From NCBI GenBank assembly GCA_024277675.1, contig JAJRUS010000092.1, positions 163 to 64,162 on the forward strand: 64,000 nucleotides of DNA. Direction: 5' to 3'. Below the pieces are notes generated by a model. The model was not told the origin of the DNA. It made no database searches and worked only from the letters and a program-made list of their open reading frames with translations. A program made the translations under genes and the position numbers. The DNA comes from a bacterium. Lineage in GTDB: Bacteria > SZUA-182 > SZUA-191 > JAJRXT01. This document shows, in pieces, positions 30,102 to 41,461 of the stretch (positions within the stretch are counted from its first letter, which is position 1; the number at the start of each line of letters is the position of its first letter).

Positions 30102-31592
30102 ATGGCAAACCTGGCTGATGAGTTGCAACAACGGCAACATAAACTGGCGGAACTAAGAAACAAGGGCACAAATCCCTATCCTCAGCGTTATGAGCGAACC
30201 CACTCTATTGCGGAATTAATCCGGCAAAAGGATAAGCTGGTCGCTGATGAGCTCAAAATAAAAACTGCGGGTCGCATCGTAACCTGGCGGGGGCATGGTA
30301 AAACCTGTTTCGCCCACTTAGATAGCGATGGTACCCGTATTCAGATTTATGTGCGGCAGGATCAGTTGGGGGAAGCCGATTATCAGCAATTTAAGCTGCT
30401 GGATATCGGTGATTTTGTGGGGGTTGAGGGTAGTTTATTCTACACCAGAACCAACGAACTGACAATTGTGGTGGATAAATACAATTTGCTGACTAAGTCG
30501 CTGCGGCCCTTGCCTGAAAAATGGCATGGCCTGAAGGATGTGGAGACTCGTTACCGGCAACGCTATCTGGATTTACTGGCAAACCCGGATGTGCGCCGCA
30601 TATTTTTATTGCGCAGCCGCTTAATTCAGGCTATCCGGGATTACTTGAACCAGCAGGACTTCATCGAAGTGGAAACCCCCATGATGCAGCCCCTGCCGGG
30701 CGGGGCCACCGCCCGCCCCTTTATCACTCATCATAATGCGCTGGACATGGACCTATACCTGAGGATAGCGCCGGAGTTATATCTTAAGCGCCTGCTGGTG
30801 GGCGGCTTTGAGCGGGTATATGAGATAAACCGCAATTTCAGGAATGAAGGGCTTTCCACTGAACATAACCCTGAATTTACCATGCTGGAATTTTATATGG
30901 CCTATGCCGATTATAATAAATTGATGGATTTTACTGAAGACATGCTGGCTTCGCTGGCTCAACAGGTATTGGGTAAACAGCAACTGGAGTATGCCGATAA
31001 AACCATTGAACTTACGCCACCCTGGAAACGCTTAACCATGCTGGAAGCTATAGCCGCTCATAGCTCCATAAAGGAAACCGAATTAGGCGACTTAAAACAG
31101 GTACAGGATATAGCCGGTGAACTTAATATCCCGGTGGATAAGCATGATTCCTGGGGTAAAATAGTGCAAAAGATTTTTGAGCAGGTAGCCGAACCAAAGC
31201 TGATTCAGCCGACTTTTATTATCGACTTTCCGACTGAAGTGTCGCCGCTTTCCAAAGCAAAGCCCGATAATCCTGCCCTTGTAGAGCGTTTTGAGCTGTT
31301 TATCGGCGGCAAAGAGATAGCCAATGCCTTTTCCGAGTTAAATGATCCCCAGGATCAGCGGCGACGTTTTGAGGCCCAGGTAGCCGAGCGAGCCGCCGGG
31401 GATGATGAGGCGCAGTACCTGGATGAGGATTTCCTGCGGGCTTTAGAGCACGGCATGCCGCCTACCGCCGGAGAAGGTATCGGCATTGACCGGCTGGTAA
31501 TGCTGTTTACCAATTCGCAATCTATAAGAGAAGTTATTCTTTTCCCACAGTTGCGGGGAGAGAAACAAACAACAACCCGAGACAAAGAATAA
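30102..31592 (+). CDS. lysS: lysine--tRNA ligase (class II)
   Basis: An N-terminal OB anticodon-binding domain and class II motifs 1-3 (e.g. [24 protein letters not shown]) are present. Confidence 0.95.
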   Translation: MANLADELQQRQHKLAELRNKGTNPYPQRYERTHSIAELIRQKDKLVADELKIKTAGRIVTWRGHGKTCFAHLDSDGTRIQIYVRQDQLGEADYQQFKLLDIGDFVGVEGSLFYTRTNELTIVVDKYNLLTKSLRPLPEKWHGLKDVETRYRQRYLDLLANPDVRRIFLLRSRLIQAIRDYLNQQDFIEVETPMMQPLPGGATARPFITHHNALDMDLYLRIAPELYLKRLLVGGFERVYEINRNFRNEGLSTEHNPEFTMLEFYMAYADYNKLMDFTEDMLASLAQQVLGKQQLEYADKTIELTPPWKRLTMLEAIAAHSSIKETELGDLKQVQDIAGELNIPVDKHDSWGKIVQKIFEQVAEPKLIQPTFIIDFPTEVSPLSKAKPDNPALVERFELFIGGKEIANAFSELNDPQDQRRRFEAQVAERAAGDDEAQYLDEDFLRALEHGMPPTAGEGIGIDRLVMLFTNSQSIREVILFPQLRGEKQTTTRDKE

Positions 31593-31597
31593 GGTTA

Positions 31598-31607
31598 CAC
31601 AATTGTG
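31598..31607. promoter_or_regulatory. perfect 10-bp palindrome CACAATTGTG upstream of the TA operon (candidate autoregulatory operator) followed by a TATAAT -10
   Basis: The sequence is exactly self-complementary and lies about 30 nt upstream of the antitoxin ATG. Confidence 0.45.
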
Positions 31608-31635
31608 AGGGAAATTATAATAAGGAGCAACTAAC

Positions 31636-31872
31636 ATGCCTACCTTAAAGCTTCATCCGGATTATATTATCCATGAAGGCAAGAAAATAAAAGCTGTTCT
31701 GGATATAGAAGAATATAATGAGATTCAACAAAAATTAGAGCAAATAGGGGAGTACGAAGAGGCTCTTCAGCTTTCAAAGGACTCGGAATTTGCCCAGCTT
31801 GTCCAGCAGGCGCTCTCTTCCCCAACTGTATTGAAGGATAAAAGCGCCAAGGAAGTTTTAAATGAAATTTGA
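31636..31872 (+). CDS. type II antitoxin (Phd/YefM-like or related), 78 aa
   Basis: This small acidic protein overlaps the downstream RelE-like toxin gene by 11 nt. Confidence 0.5.
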   Translation: MPTLKLHPDYIIHEGKKIKAVLDIEEYNEIQQKLEQIGEYEEALQLSKDSEFAQLVQQALSSPTVLKDKSAKEVLNEI

Positions 31873-32182
31873 GGTTAAGGAAAGTTTCGTCCGAAGCCTA
31901 ACAAAACTGGAGAAGAAATATCGACATATTCGTACTGATTTAGAATTTATATTACAAGAGATTGAAGAAGATTGCTTCCGAGGTGTTGCTATTCCCGGAT
32001 TTGGAGGGTTGGTATGGAAAATCCGAGTAGCTTCATCAGACATGAAAAGCGGCAAACGAGGAGGATTCAGGCTCATCTATGCAGTAAAAGAAAAAGAAAA
32101 TATTATCATTCTCCTTTTTGTATACACTAAAGCGGAAAGAGAAGGTATTCAAAGAAAAAAAATCAAAAAGCTTTTGGAGTAA
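31862..32182 (+). CDS. RelE/ParE-superfamily toxin (HigB/RelE-like mRNA interferase)
   Basis: The block KSGKRGGFRLIYAVKEKENIIILLFVYTK matches the RelE-family core, and the protein is 106 aa. Confidence 0.65.
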   Translation: MKFEVKESFVRSLTKLEKKYRHIRTDLEFILQEIEEDCFRGVAIPGFGGLVWKIRVASSDMKSGKRGGFRLIYAVKEKENIIILLFVYTKAEREGIQRKKIKKLLE

Positions 32183-32188
32183 AAAGTT

Positions 32189-32509
32189 ATGTATCTCTGC
32201 CACGCTTGTCAACGGGAATTAGCGCTTAAGGATAAGCCGGGGCGCAAGGATTGTTGCCCCTATTGTGAGGCGGAGCTGCATTGCTGCTTAAATTGCCGGT
32301 TTTATGTGCCCGGCATGCATAATGACTGTCAGGAAACCCAGGCTGAGCGAGTGCCGGATAAGGAGCGTGCTAATTTCTGCGATTATTTTGTGTTTAAAGA
32401 TAGCCAAAGAGTTCAAGGGCAAGATAATGAAGGGAATAAGGCCCGGGATCAGTTTGAAGCTTTATTTGGAAAATCCAGGGGGGGGGGCGAGATAAATGAA
32501 AAACTATAA
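32189..32509 (+). CDS. Cys-rich zinc-ribbon-like protein (106 aa), hypothetical
   Basis: It has CHAC, CCPYC, CCLNC and additional Cys residues. Its C-terminus is encoded across the G10 tract. Confidence 0.4.
   Translation: MYLCHACQRELALKDKPGRKDCCPYCEAELHCCLNCRFYVPGMHNDCQETQAERVPDKERANFCDYFVFKDSQRVQGQDNEGNKARDQFEALFGKSRGGGEINEKL
32478..32487 (+). repeat. G10 homopolymeric tract forming the SD region 8 nt upstream of the beta-helix lipoprotein start codon
   Basis: Ten consecutive G residues are read directly from the sequence, in a genome of otherwise moderate GC. Confidence 0.6.
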
Positions 32510-33728
32510 GCCCATATTAATCATCTGTTTATGGCTGGGAGTTTTAGGGGCTGGTTGTGCCTCCACCAGGACTTTGCGGGTGCCTGGCGAATACAAAAGC
32601 ATTCAAGCGGCTATTGACGCAGCTCAAGCAGGGGATACGGTAAGGGTGGCTCCGGGAACTTACTTAGAGTATCTAGTGCTTAAGGAAAGGGTTGCCGTAC
32701 GCAGCGAGGGTACCGATGAAGAACATAAAAACCATAGCGCCGCCCGCCGTACTATTGTGGATGCGCACGGTGAGTTAAAACCGGTAGTAGAAGGGGCCGA
32801 TGGAGCGGTAATCGACGGTTTTACGCTAACCGGCACCGGCCTGGTGGATCACCACGTGCCGGGTCATCCACACGGAGTACAGTCCCGCGGGACTTCGCCC
32901 ATTGTTATTAATAATATTGTATATAATATCGGCAGTACCGGCATCGGCAGTCACGCCAAGGGGGATAAACCGGCGGCGCCTTATATAGAAAATAACATCA
33001 TATACAGCAACTATGGCCTGGGCATCGGCAATAATCAGGGTTCGGCAGCCACTATTATAGACAATGTGATCTACTCTAATAAGGAATTGGGTATTGGTTC
33101 TAAAAATGGCTCTCATGCTCTTATCCAAGGCAATCGAGTGTACAATAACGGTTTACCGGGAATCGGTACCAAAGACGGCGCATTTCCTACTATTGTGGGA
33201 AATGAGTGTTATAACAACGGCACCAACCGCATATTATTTATGGGAGCCGGTATCAGTATGCAGAATACCTATGTGCCTCTGGTCAAGGACAATAAAAGTC
33301 ATGGCAACTATATGGCGGGAATGGGAATGCGGGCCAATGCTAAAACCCGAATTTACGGAAACGATTTCTATGAAAATAGTACCGTGGGGCTGGCTATCAT
33401 GGGTGGAGCCGAAGCCGTAGTGAAAGAGAACCTGATTCATGATAATCCTTTGGGCGGGGTGCGCATGGATTCTATCTCACAGGCGCATATAGAAAACAAC
33501 AAAATTTATCATAACGGCATGGGGGGCATAATCCTCTCCCGCAAAACCAAAATTACCATTAAAGAAAATGAAATTTACAAGAATCTCGGGGCGGCAATTG
33601 CTCCCATTAAGCCAGGGCCTGAAATGGTGATAGAGGGAAATAATATACACGGTAATAACCCCAAAGCCATGGGCCCCTTTCAAGGTCAGGGCGCCCCGAT
33701 GTTTATGCAACCGGGGTTAGAAAAGTAG
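32496..33728 (+). CDS. right-handed parallel beta-helix repeat lipoprotein (pectin-lyase fold; NosD/adhesin-like)
   Basis: A lipoprotein signal (LGVLGAGCAST) is followed by many N.(I/V)Y.N...GIG parallel beta-helix repeats. Confidence 0.7.
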   Translation: MKNYKPILIICLWLGVLGAGCASTRTLRVPGEYKSIQAAIDAAQAGDTVRVAPGTYLEYLVLKERVAVRSEGTDEEHKNHSAARRTIVDAHGELKPVVEGADGAVIDGFTLTGTGLVDHHVPGHPHGVQSRGTSPIVINNIVYNIGSTGIGSHAKGDKPAAPYIENNIIYSNYGLGIGNNQGSAATIIDNVIYSNKELGIGSKNGSHALIQGNRVYNNGLPGIGTKDGAFPTIVGNECYNNGTNRILFMGAGISMQNTYVPLVKDNKSHGNYMAGMGMRANAKTRIYGNDFYENSTVGLAIMGGAEAVVKENLIHDNPLGGVRMDSISQAHIENNKIYHNGMGGIILSRKTKITIKENEIYKNLGAAIAPIKPGPEMVIEGNNIHGNNPKAMGPFQGQGAPMFMQPGLEK

Positions 33729-33736
33729 CTAAGACC

Positions 33737-34984
33737 ATGAAATTTTCCATGCCTTATCAGTTATTCATCAGCTTAAGATACCTAACCGCCGAGCGCAAGC
33801 AAACCTTTATCTCGCTTACTTCCCTTATTTCCATTGGCGGGGTAGCCCTGGGGGTGATGGCGCTGATTATCGTACTGGCGGTAATGAGTGGCTTTGAGGG
33901 CGATCTGCGTGATAAAATTGTGGGCACCAATTCTCACATAGTGATCCTAAAGCATGGCCGGGCAGCCATGGAAGAGCCGGAAAAGGTTATCGCGCAGGTG
34001 CGGCAGGTAAAGCACGTAGTGGCGGCGGCGCCCTTTATTTACAGCCAGGTGATGCTGACTTCAGCGCAAAATGTGTTAGGGGTGGTGTTGCGGGGAATTG
34101 ATCCTCGGCTTGAAGCCACGGTAACTAATTTGGGCCGGAACATAATAGAGGGTGACTTAAAACAGTTATCCGCCCCTGCCGGCGATGATGGGCCGGCCGG
34201 AATTGTGCTGGGTTTGGAGCTGGCCCGCAACCTGGGAGTATTCTACGGCGATGAGCTAAATGTGGTCTCTCCTACCGGAACCATGACGCCTATGGGAGTA
34301 GCCCCGCGCTCGGTAAGGATGCGGGTGGCGGCTATTTTTAATTCCGGTATGTACGAGTATGACTCAAGCCTGGCCTATATATCGATAAAAACCGCCCAGG
34401 ATTTTTTGCGTTTGGGGAATCGAGTGACCGGGGTGGAGGTTAAGGTGGATAATATCTATCGGGCCCAGGAAGTAGCTAAGCGGATACAGGCGCGGCTTGA
34501 TTTTCCCTTCTGGACCAGAGACTGGATGCAAATGAATCGCAATCTCTTCTCAGCCTTAAAACTGGAAAAGCTGGCTATGTTTATTATTCTGACTTTGATA
34601 ATAATAGTAGCCGCCTTTAATATCATCAGTACCTTGATTATGATGGTAATGGAGAAGAACAAAGACATCGCCATTCTAAAATCCATGGGGGCTACTTCCA
34701 GGGGGATTATGTCCATCTTCATGCTGGAGGGGCTTGTCATCGGGCTGACAGGCACCATCCTGGGGTGTGCTGGTGGAAGTATCACTTGTTTTCTGGCTGA
34801 TAAATACAAATTGATCAAGCTGGCCGGGGATATTTATTATATGAATTATTTACCGTTTAAGATGCAACCCCTGGAGGTGGTAACTATTTGCCTGGCCGCT
34901 GTCTTAATCAGCTTTACCTTTACCCTTTATCCGGCCTGGCAAGCCTCCAAGTTGGATCCGGCGGTGGCCCTGCGCTATGAGTGA
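33737..34984 (+). CDS. lipoprotein-releasing system permease (LolC/LolE, FtsX family)
   Basis: It has 4 TM helices with a large periplasmic MacB-like domain and is adjacent to lolD. Confidence 0.8.
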   Translation: MKFSMPYQLFISLRYLTAERKQTFISLTSLISIGGVALGVMALIIVLAVMSGFEGDLRDKIVGTNSHIVILKHGRAAMEEPEKVIAQVRQVKHVVAAAPFIYSQVMLTSAQNVLGVVLRGIDPRLEATVTNLGRNIIEGDLKQLSAPAGDDGPAGIVLGLELARNLGVFYGDELNVVSPTGTMTPMGVAPRSVRMRVAAIFNSGMYEYDSSLAYISIKTAQDFLRLGNRVTGVEVKVDNIYRAQEVAKRIQARLDFPFWTRDWMQMNRNLFSALKLEKLAMFIILTLIIIVAAFNIISTLIMMVMEKNKDIAILKSMGATSRGIMSIFMLEGLVIGLTGTILGCAGGSITCFLADKYKLIKLAGDIYYMNYLPFKMQPLEVVTICLAAVLISFTFTLYPAWQASKLDPAVALRYE

Positions 34985-35651
34985 GTGTTTGATCCGGGTA
35001 AAGGATTTACATAAATCTTTTATTAGCGGTAAATCCGAGCTGTCGGTATTAAATAATATCAATCTCGACATCCGGCAACACGAGATGCTGGCGATTATCG
35101 GCGCCTCCGGGGTAGGTAAGAGCACCTTCCTGCACATTCTGGGAGCGCTGGATCATCCCACTTCGGGGCATATTTATTATCAGGATGAGGACCTGTTCGC
35201 CTTAAATGGCGAGCAGTTGGCAAAATTCAGGAATAAAACACTGGGCTTTGTCTTTCAGTTTCATCACCTGCTGCCGGAATTCAGCGCCCTGGAGAATGTA
35301 ATGATGCCGCTGCTTATCCAAAAAACTCCCCGGCCGCAAGCCCAGGTCAGGGCCGGGGAATTGTTGGCCGAAGTCGGTTTAGCGCCGCGGGCTTCCCATC
35401 GTCCGGGAGAGCTTTCCGGCGGGGAACAGCAGCGGGTGGCTATTGCCCGCGCCCTGGTGAACAACCCCCAGTTGTTACTGGCTGACGAACCTACCGGCAA
35501 CCTGGACAGTAAGACCGGGGATGAGGTGTTTGGCCTGTTACGGGAACTGAACCGGCGCAAGCAGTTGACCTTAATCTATGTTACGCACAATGAGTCGCTG
35601 GCCCGCCGGGCTGATAGAATCATTCGTTTGGTTGATGGAAGAATAGCTTAA
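34977..35651 (+). CDS. lolD: lipoprotein-releasing system ATP-binding protein
   Basis: It has Walker [10 protein letters not shown], the signature LSGGEQQRV and Walker B LLLADEPT, and is 224 aa. Confidence 0.85.
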   Translation: MSECLIRVKDLHKSFISGKSELSVLNNINLDIRQHEMLAIIGASGVGKSTFLHILGALDHPTSGHIYYQDEDLFALNGEQLAKFRNKTLGFVFQFHHLLPEFSALENVMMPLLIQKTPRPQAQVRAGELLAEVGLAPRASHRPGELSGGEQQRVAIARALVNNPQLLLADEPTGNLDSKTGDEVFGLLRELNRRKQLTLIYVTHNESLARRADRIIRLVDGRIA

Positions 35652-35774
35652 GGATTAATTTTTGTCCTGTATAGGAAATTACATAAACACATTTGCCCTA
35701 AATACCAAGCCCCGCTATCGTCTATAGAACGGCAGGGGCGATGTCGGCTGTAACGCCTTAATCTGGAAAAGATT

Positions 35775-35795
35775 GGGGTCTCTGACCCCTTTATA
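35775..35795 (+). terminator. short stem-loop GGGGTC-TCT-GACCCC followed by TTTAT, between lolD and clpC
   Basis: It has a perfect 6-bp stem and a T-rich tail. It may separate the lol and clpC transcription units. Confidence 0.35.
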
Positions 35796-35824
35796 CCCGC
35801 TATTTTGCATGAGGAGCAAGGGTT

Positions 35825-38275
35825 ATGTTTGAACGATTTACTGAACGCGCCAGGAAGGTGATTATTTTAGCCCGCGAGGAAGCCGCCCGGTTAATGCACG
35901 CACACTTGGGTACCGAACACCTGCTGCTGGGAATTATCTGCGAAGGGGAAGGGGTGGCGGTGGCGGTTTTGCAACGCCTGGGAGTCCAGCCGGCTGAAAT
36001 AAAATTGGAATTGGAAAAAGGGGTTGCCAGGGGAGCTAAAAGAATGGTTAAGGGGAATATCCCATTTACTCCGCGCGCCAAGAAAGTATTAGAGATGTCC
36101 ATTGAAGAAGCCAACCTCATGGAGCATAATTATATCGGCACTGAGCATATTTTATTGGGATTGATCCGGGAAGAAGAAGGGCTGGCTGCCGGTATCCTGG
36201 ATGACTTGCGCATAAACTTGTCGGAAGTACGCCAGGAAATTGCTAATTTTGCCCAACGCTCAGTTTCAGATTTCGAGGAAACAAGAACCCCGGCGCTGGA
36301 TGAATTCGGGATTGATTTAACTCAATTGGCTTTAAGAGAAAAACTGGATCCGGTAATTGGTCGCGACGAAGAGATTGGACGATTAATTCAGATACTTACC
36401 AGACGCACCAAAAACAATCCGGTGCTTATCGGTGAAGCGGGCGTTGGTAAAACGGCCATCGTCGAGGGTTTAGCCCAGTGGATTGTAAATAATAATGCAC
36501 CCAACGTATTGTCTCAAAAACGTCTGGTAACCCTGGACCTGGGCTCTCTGGTGGCCGGCACCAAATATCGCGGGCAATTCGAAGAACGAATAAAAACCAT
36601 TATGAAAGAGGTTATCGAATCGGACAATATTATCCTGTTCATCGACGAGCTGCATACCCTGGTTGGCGCCGGGGCGGCCGAAGGGTCCATGGATGCCTCC
36701 AACTTATTGAAACCGGCCCTGTCCCGGGGAGAGCTGCAATGTATCGGCGCTACTACCTTAAACGAATATCGCAAATATGTGGAAAAAGACCGGGCGTTGG
36801 AGCGACGCTTCCAAAGCATTGTGGTAGAACCGCCATCGGTTGAAGAAACCACTGAAATTATAAAGGGGTTGAGGGGTAGATACGAGGCCCATCACCGGGT
36901 GCAAATCACCGATGAGGCTATCGCTGCGGCGGCTAAACTTTCCGATCGTTATATTAATGACCGCTTTTTACCGGACAAGGCGATTGACGTAATTGACGAA
37001 GCCGGCTCACGCGCCCGGCTGGCAGCTTGCGTTCCGCCTAATGATATGAAACAATTGGAAAACAGGATAGCTGGCCTGGCCAAGCAAAAAGAGGCGGCTG
37101 TTTGTGCCCAGGAATTTGAAACCGCGGCCCGCTTGCGGGATAAAGAACGAAAACTAAAGGGGGAGTTAACTTCACTGTTGCGAAACTGGGAACTCGAACA
37201 GGAAAAAACCGAAGTGGTAGTAACTGATGAAGATGTAGCCCATATTGTTTCCAGGTGGACTGGAATTCCTCTGTTCAGGTTGGAAGAGAGAGAATATGAA
37301 AAACTGGCTCGCATGGAAGAAGAACTTCACCGTCGGGTAATTGGACAGGATGAGGCGATTGCCGCTATATCGCGAGCCATCAAGCGCTCCCGCCTGGGCT
37401 TAAAAAACCCCAAAAAGCCGGTGGGCTCTTTTATCTTCTTAGGTCCAAGCGGGGTAGGGAAAACTGAACTGGCCCGCACCCTGGCCGAATTTATGTTTGG
37501 GGATGAGGCGGCCTTAATAAGTATTGATATGTCTGAATATACTGAAAAGTTTGCCATCTCCAGGTTTACCGGCGCCCCACCGGGTTATGTGGGCTATGCC
37601 GAAGGCGGGCAGCTTACTGAACGGGTGAGGCGACGGCCTTATTGTGTTATTCTACTGGATGAAATAGAAAAGGCTCACCCGGATATGTTTAATGTATTGC
37701 TCCAGGTATTAGAAGATGGTCATCTCACCGATGGCATGGGACAGCTGGTGGATTTTAAAAACAGTGTATTGATTATGACTTCCAATATCGGCGCGCGCTT
37801 AATTGAAAAGGGAACTACTTTGGGGTTTCAGCGAACCGATATGGATACATCTTACCATAAAATGAAAGAGGGTATAATGGGTGAGCTGAAAAAGACTTTT
37901 AACCCGGAATTCCTGAACCGGGTGGATGAGTCTATCGTTTTTCATCCGTTAAACCAAAAGCACATCGGTCAAATAATAAATCTGCTTATTGATCAGTTGA
38001 ACTTGCAGATTAAAGATAAAGGGATAAAGGTGGAATTAGACCGCGGCGCCAAAGATTGGTTAATCAAGGCGGGCTATAATCCCAGTTATGGGGCCAGGCC
38101 TTTGCGGCGGGCTATTCAACGCAACATTGAAGATGGCATTGCCGATGAAATATTACGCGGTAGTCTTAAGAAGAGAGGAATCATCAAGGTGGGAGTAAAG
38201 AATAACAAGTTGGTTTTTGCCGAAAAAACCACTGCCTCCAGGAAGAGACGCTCAAAAGAGCTTTTACCCAACTAG
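35825..38275 (+). CDS. clpC: ATP-dependent Clp protease ATP-binding subunit ClpC (ClpA/B family, double Clp_N + UVR motif + two AAA+ modules)
   Basis: It has N-terminal Clp_N repeats and two Walker A sites ([16 protein letters not shown]). A UVR-like linker is present, with a ClpB_D2-small domain at the C-terminus. Confidence 0.9.
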   Translation: MFERFTERARKVIILAREEAARLMHAHLGTEHLLLGIICEGEGVAVAVLQRLGVQPAEIKLELEKGVARGAKRMVKGNIPFTPRAKKVLEMSIEEANLMEHNYIGTEHILLGLIREEEGLAAGILDDLRINLSEVRQEIANFAQRSVSDFEETRTPALDEFGIDLTQLALREKLDPVIGRDEEIGRLIQILTRRTKNNPVLIGEAGVGKTAIVEGLAQWIVNNNAPNVLSQKRLVTLDLGSLVAGTKYRGQFEERIKTIMKEVIESDNIILFIDELHTLVGAGAAEGSMDASNLLKPALSRGELQCIGATTLNEYRKYVEKDRALERRFQSIVVEPPSVEETTEIIKGLRGRYEAHHRVQITDEAIAAAAKLSDRYINDRFLPDKAIDVIDEAGSRARLAACVPPNDMKQLENRIAGLAKQKEAAVCAQEFETAARLRDKERKLKGELTSLLRNWELEQEKTEVVVTDEDVAHIVSRWTGIPLFRLEEREYEKLARMEEELHRRVIGQDEAIAAISRAIKRSRLGLKNPKKPVGSFIFLGPSGVGKTELARTLAEFMFGDEAALISIDMSEYTEKFAISRFTGAPPGYVGYAEGGQLTERVRRRPYCVILLDEIEKAHPDMFNVLLQVLEDGHLTDGMGQLVDFKNSVLIMTSNIGARLIEKGTTLGFQRTDMDTSYHKMKEGIMGELKKTFNPEFLNRVDESIVFHPLNQKHIGQIINLLIDQLNLQIKDKGIKVELDRGAKDWLIKAGYNPSYGARPLRRAIQRNIEDGIADEILRGSLKKRGIIKVGVKNNKLVFAEKTTASRKRRSKELLPN

Positions 38276-38302
38276 TCCGGGTGTTCTTCCAGGGGGAATT
38301 GT

Positions 38303-40573
38303 ATGACCAAAAAATCAGGCTTGTTTTGGGGGATGTTAGTTTATATTGTTTGTTGCCTGCCATTATCACCGGCCACGGCCAATGACCAGCACCAAAACAT
38401 CGACGTTATCAAGATTGAAGGCAATCGAACAATTGAAACGCTTACAATCCGAAATCAAATTAAAACACAGGCGGGGGATGAGCTTAACCTTAAAGAGCTG
38501 CGCCAGGATTTAGTCGCTATCTATAAAACCGGTTTTTTCCGCGATGTAAAAATCGACGTAACTGAAACCGGGGGCCAACTGCAGGTCACCTTTATCGTGG
38601 TGGAGAAACCCTCTATTAAGAAAATAGAGGTTACCGGCTATGATGAGGTGGGTTTAGATAAGATAATGGAAAAAATGGAGATAAAGGAAAGCACGGTGTT
38701 GGATGATGCAGCGATTGCCAAAAGCGTTCAACAGATAAAAAAGCTTTATGAAGAAAATGGTTATTATCTGGCTGAGATAGAAGTAAAAAAAGAAAACATC
38801 TCTGAGGATTGGGTTAACCTGCTGTTTAATATTAAGGAGGGACCGGAAGTCAGAATAGAAGAAGTTTCCTTCGAGGGAAACAAAGCCTTTACTGATGCTG
38901 AACTAAGGAAGGTAATCGAAACCCGTGATTATTGGTTTTTATCCTGGATCACCGGCAGCGGTTATTTAAATAAGGAATTATTAAACATAGACCTAGAAAG
39001 ACTATTAGCCTATTATTATGACCACGGTTATATAAATGCTCAAATCGGCAGCCCTAAAATTGATTTATCTGAAGATAAAGCCGAGATGTTTATAAAAATA
39101 CCTTTAAGCGAGGGGGTTCAATATCAAGTCGGTAAGCTGGAGGTTGAGGGCAATCAATTGCTTACCAACGATGAAGTGTTGCGCGGCCTGGCTACCAAGG
39201 GGGGGAATGTATTTAATAGCAGCCTGCTGCGAAAAGACATAAACCTTATTACAGATCGTTATGCCAACCGGGGTTATCTGCTTACCGAGGTATTTCCGCT
39301 AACCCGCACTCATCCGGAAGACAAGCTGGTAGATCTGATAATTAAGATTAACGAGGGCAAATTAACCTATGCCCGACGAATTACCATTTCCGGTAATCAG
39401 AATACACGAGACAAGGTAATCCGTCGTCAATTACAATTTAGAGAAGGGGATGTACTAACCAACTGGGCAATCCGCCGCAGTTACCAGGACATTATGAACC
39501 TGGGGTTCTTTGAATCAGCCGACATCCAGACCAAACCCACTGAAGTTGAAAACGAGCTGGACCTTGACGTAAGCCTTAAGGAGAGGTTAACCGGTGCGCT
39601 ATCGGTAGGCGGTGGCTGGAGTTCGGTAGATCGTCTGGTGGGGAATGTCAGTGTAACCCAGGGCAATCTTTTTGGCCGGGGACAACAGTTGCGGCTGGCG
39701 GGTTCATTTGGGGAAACCATTCAGCGCTATGATATCAGCTTTACTGAACCATGGCTATTTGATCTTCCCTTAACTGCGGGTTTTAACCTATATTATCGCG
39801 CTAGAAGCCAGGTGGATTTTCGGGATTACAGGATAGATAATCGCGGCAGTCAGGTGAGGCTCGGTTATCCGCTGATAGAACGTATCAGGGGATACTTAAG
39901 CTATATGTATCAAGACGTAAAGGTATACGATGTGACTTCCGATGCCGCTGATATAATTAAAAACCGGGAAGGAGTCACCTATACCAGTGAGCTTACCCTG
40001 TCGTTGGTGCGCGACACCAGAGATAATCGCTGGCGCCCCAGCCGGGGTTCACGCAATAAAGTGTCGGTAGAGTATGCCGGCGGCTTTATTGGAGGAGACA
40101 ATTATTATGTCCGGTACTTAGGAGAAAGTAGTTGGCATTTTCCGATCTGGTGGAAGTTTGTGCTGTCCGTGCGGGGTTTAATCGGTTTTCAAAACAGTTT
40201 TGATGGCCGTGAATTGCCGGTAGAGGAACTATTTACGATAGGCGGCGACAAAACCGTGCGGGGATTTAAGCGGGATTCCATCGGTCCCCGCATTGGCAAT
40301 CAGGTAATTGGAGGTAATAAGGAATTAGTTTTTAATGTGGAGCTGCATTTTCCATTATTTGACCCATTGGCGGGACTGATTTTCTTTGATACCGGCGGCG
40401 CTTTTGCCGAAGAGCAACCTTATGATTTAGATGGAATGCGCATGGGGGCTGGGGTTGGGGTTCGCTTCTTCACCCCGATGGGACCTATTCGATTAGATTG
40501 GGGACGTAAATTGGATCGGGAAAGGGGTGAGTCGCCTTCCGAGTGGCATTTTGCAATCGGTACTTATTTTTAG
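38303..40573 (+). CDS. bamA: outer membrane protein assembly factor BamA
   Basis: It has a signal peptide, 5 POTRA-like repeats and a C-terminal 16-strand beta-barrel ending in an aromatic residue (F). Confidence 0.9.
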   Translation: MTKKSGLFWGMLVYIVCCLPLSPATANDQHQNIDVIKIEGNRTIETLTIRNQIKTQAGDELNLKELRQDLVAIYKTGFFRDVKIDVTETGGQLQVTFIVVEKPSIKKIEVTGYDEVGLDKIMEKMEIKESTVLDDAAIAKSVQQIKKLYEENGYYLAEIEVKKENISEDWVNLLFNIKEGPEVRIEEVSFEGNKAFTDAELRKVIETRDYWFLSWITGSGYLNKELLNIDLERLLAYYYDHGYINAQIGSPKIDLSEDKAEMFIKIPLSEGVQYQVGKLEVEGNQLLTNDEVLRGLATKGGNVFNSSLLRKDINLITDRYANRGYLLTEVFPLTRTHPEDKLVDLIIKINEGKLTYARRITISGNQNTRDKVIRRQLQFREGDVLTNWAIRRSYQDIMNLGFFESADIQTKPTEVENELDLDVSLKERLTGALSVGGGWSSVDRLVGNVSVTQGNLFGRGQQLRLAGSFGETIQRYDISFTEPWLFDLPLTAGFNLYYRARSQVDFRDYRIDNRGSQVRLGYPLIERIRGYLSYMYQDVKVYDVTSDAADIIKNREGVTYTSELTLSLVRDTRDNRWRPSRGSRNKVSVEYAGGFIGGDNYYVRYLGESSWHFPIWWKFVLSVRGLIGFQNSFDGRELPVEELFTIGGDKTVRGFKRDSIGPRIGNQVIGGNKELVFNVELHFPLFDPLAGLIFFDTGGAFAEEQPYDLDGMRMGAGVGVRFFTPMGPIRLDWGRKLDRERGESPSEWHFAIGTYF

Positions 40574-40757
40574 CGCCGGAGTTAAAAAAAACCTATCCTT
40601 ATTTCCAAAACCAGGGCTTGGCCTGGATTAATTATGATGAAACCATTATGGCTAATTCCGCCGCCTGCTGGTCAACGACTCTGCGGAACTGGATGTCCAT
40701 TTGTCCAACAGGAATAGCTTTATGATTTTCTATACCTGAACTAAAGGAGGAGGCAAG

Positions 40758-41330
40758 ATGAGTAAAAACATTTTCAAATTCAAGATTGCTTTGTTGTGTG
40801 GTTTATTGCTGAATATCTGTAGTTTTGCCCATGGGGCTGAGCTGAAAATTGCTTATGTAAATCTGCAACAGGTTATAAAAGGGTCGGCAGCCGGTAAAGA
40901 AATGTCAACCATCGGTAACCAGATGATTAAAAAGAAGAGAAGCGAGCTTGGTAAATTAGAGGAAGAAATAAGCAAAATGATCAACGAATACAAGGAAAAA
41001 GAAATGGTGCTTTCTCCAGATGCTAAAAAGGAGATAAAGGATAAAATCGAAAAGAAAATGATCGACAAGGATCGTTTCGAAAAAGACTCCTTTCGCGATG
41101 TGCGCAAGTTTGAGAAAAAGGTAGTGGCTGAAATTGTAGGTGCGGTAAATAAAATAATTAAAAAGCTTGGTAAAGATGAGGGATACACCCTGATCCTGGA
41201 TTCTACCGGAGGGGAAAAAGGCGACAAAGAAATCCCGACCTCCGGCCTTTTGTATGCTTCCCCGGAGTTGGATCTTACTCAGAAAATAATTACGATTTAC
41301 AACCAGCAATATGCAGCAAAGAAAAAATAA
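40758..41330 (+). CDS. skp: periplasmic chaperone Skp/OmpH
   Basis: It has a signal peptide, a Lys/Glu-rich coiled coil and a length of 190 aa. It sits in the conserved bamA-skp-lpxD arrangement. Confidence 0.75.
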   Translation: MSKNIFKFKIALLCGLLLNICSFAHGAELKIAYVNLQQVIKGSAAGKEMSTIGNQMIKKKRSELGKLEEEISKMINEYKEKEMVLSPDAKKEIKDKIEKKMIDKDRFEKDSFRDVRKFEKKVVAEIVGAVNKIIKKLGKDEGYTLILDSTGGEKGDKEIPTSGLLYASPELDLTQKIITIYNQQYAAKKK

Positions 41331-41349
41331 CCGGCATAGCCCGAATTAG

Positions 41350-41364
41350 CCAGCCACCGGCTGG
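41350..41364 (+). promoter_or_regulatory. hairpin CCAGCC-ACC-GGCTGG downstream of skp (near-identical to the hairpin upstream of serS)
   Basis: It has a perfect 6-bp stem, and the same stem sequence recurs at 46548..46562. Confidence 0.4.
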
Positions 41365-41461
41365 ATCTATTATGCGTTAGCTATGGTGCTGATTCAGCCG
41401 CCTTTCCGGCATGGGGTCGATACCCCCGGCCGGAAGCGGAGGCTCGTAGCTGGACAAACTC

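Noticed and set aside
36470-37557. Antisense ORFs of 61 to 121 aa inside clpC
   Set aside because: The same logic applies: they are nested in a strongly supported AAA+ gene and have no RBS or motif support.
40543-40725. 60-aa ORF overlapping the 3' end of bamA
   Set aside because: It overlaps the bamA terminus and the bamA-skp spacer and shows no coding signature. It is likely spurious.
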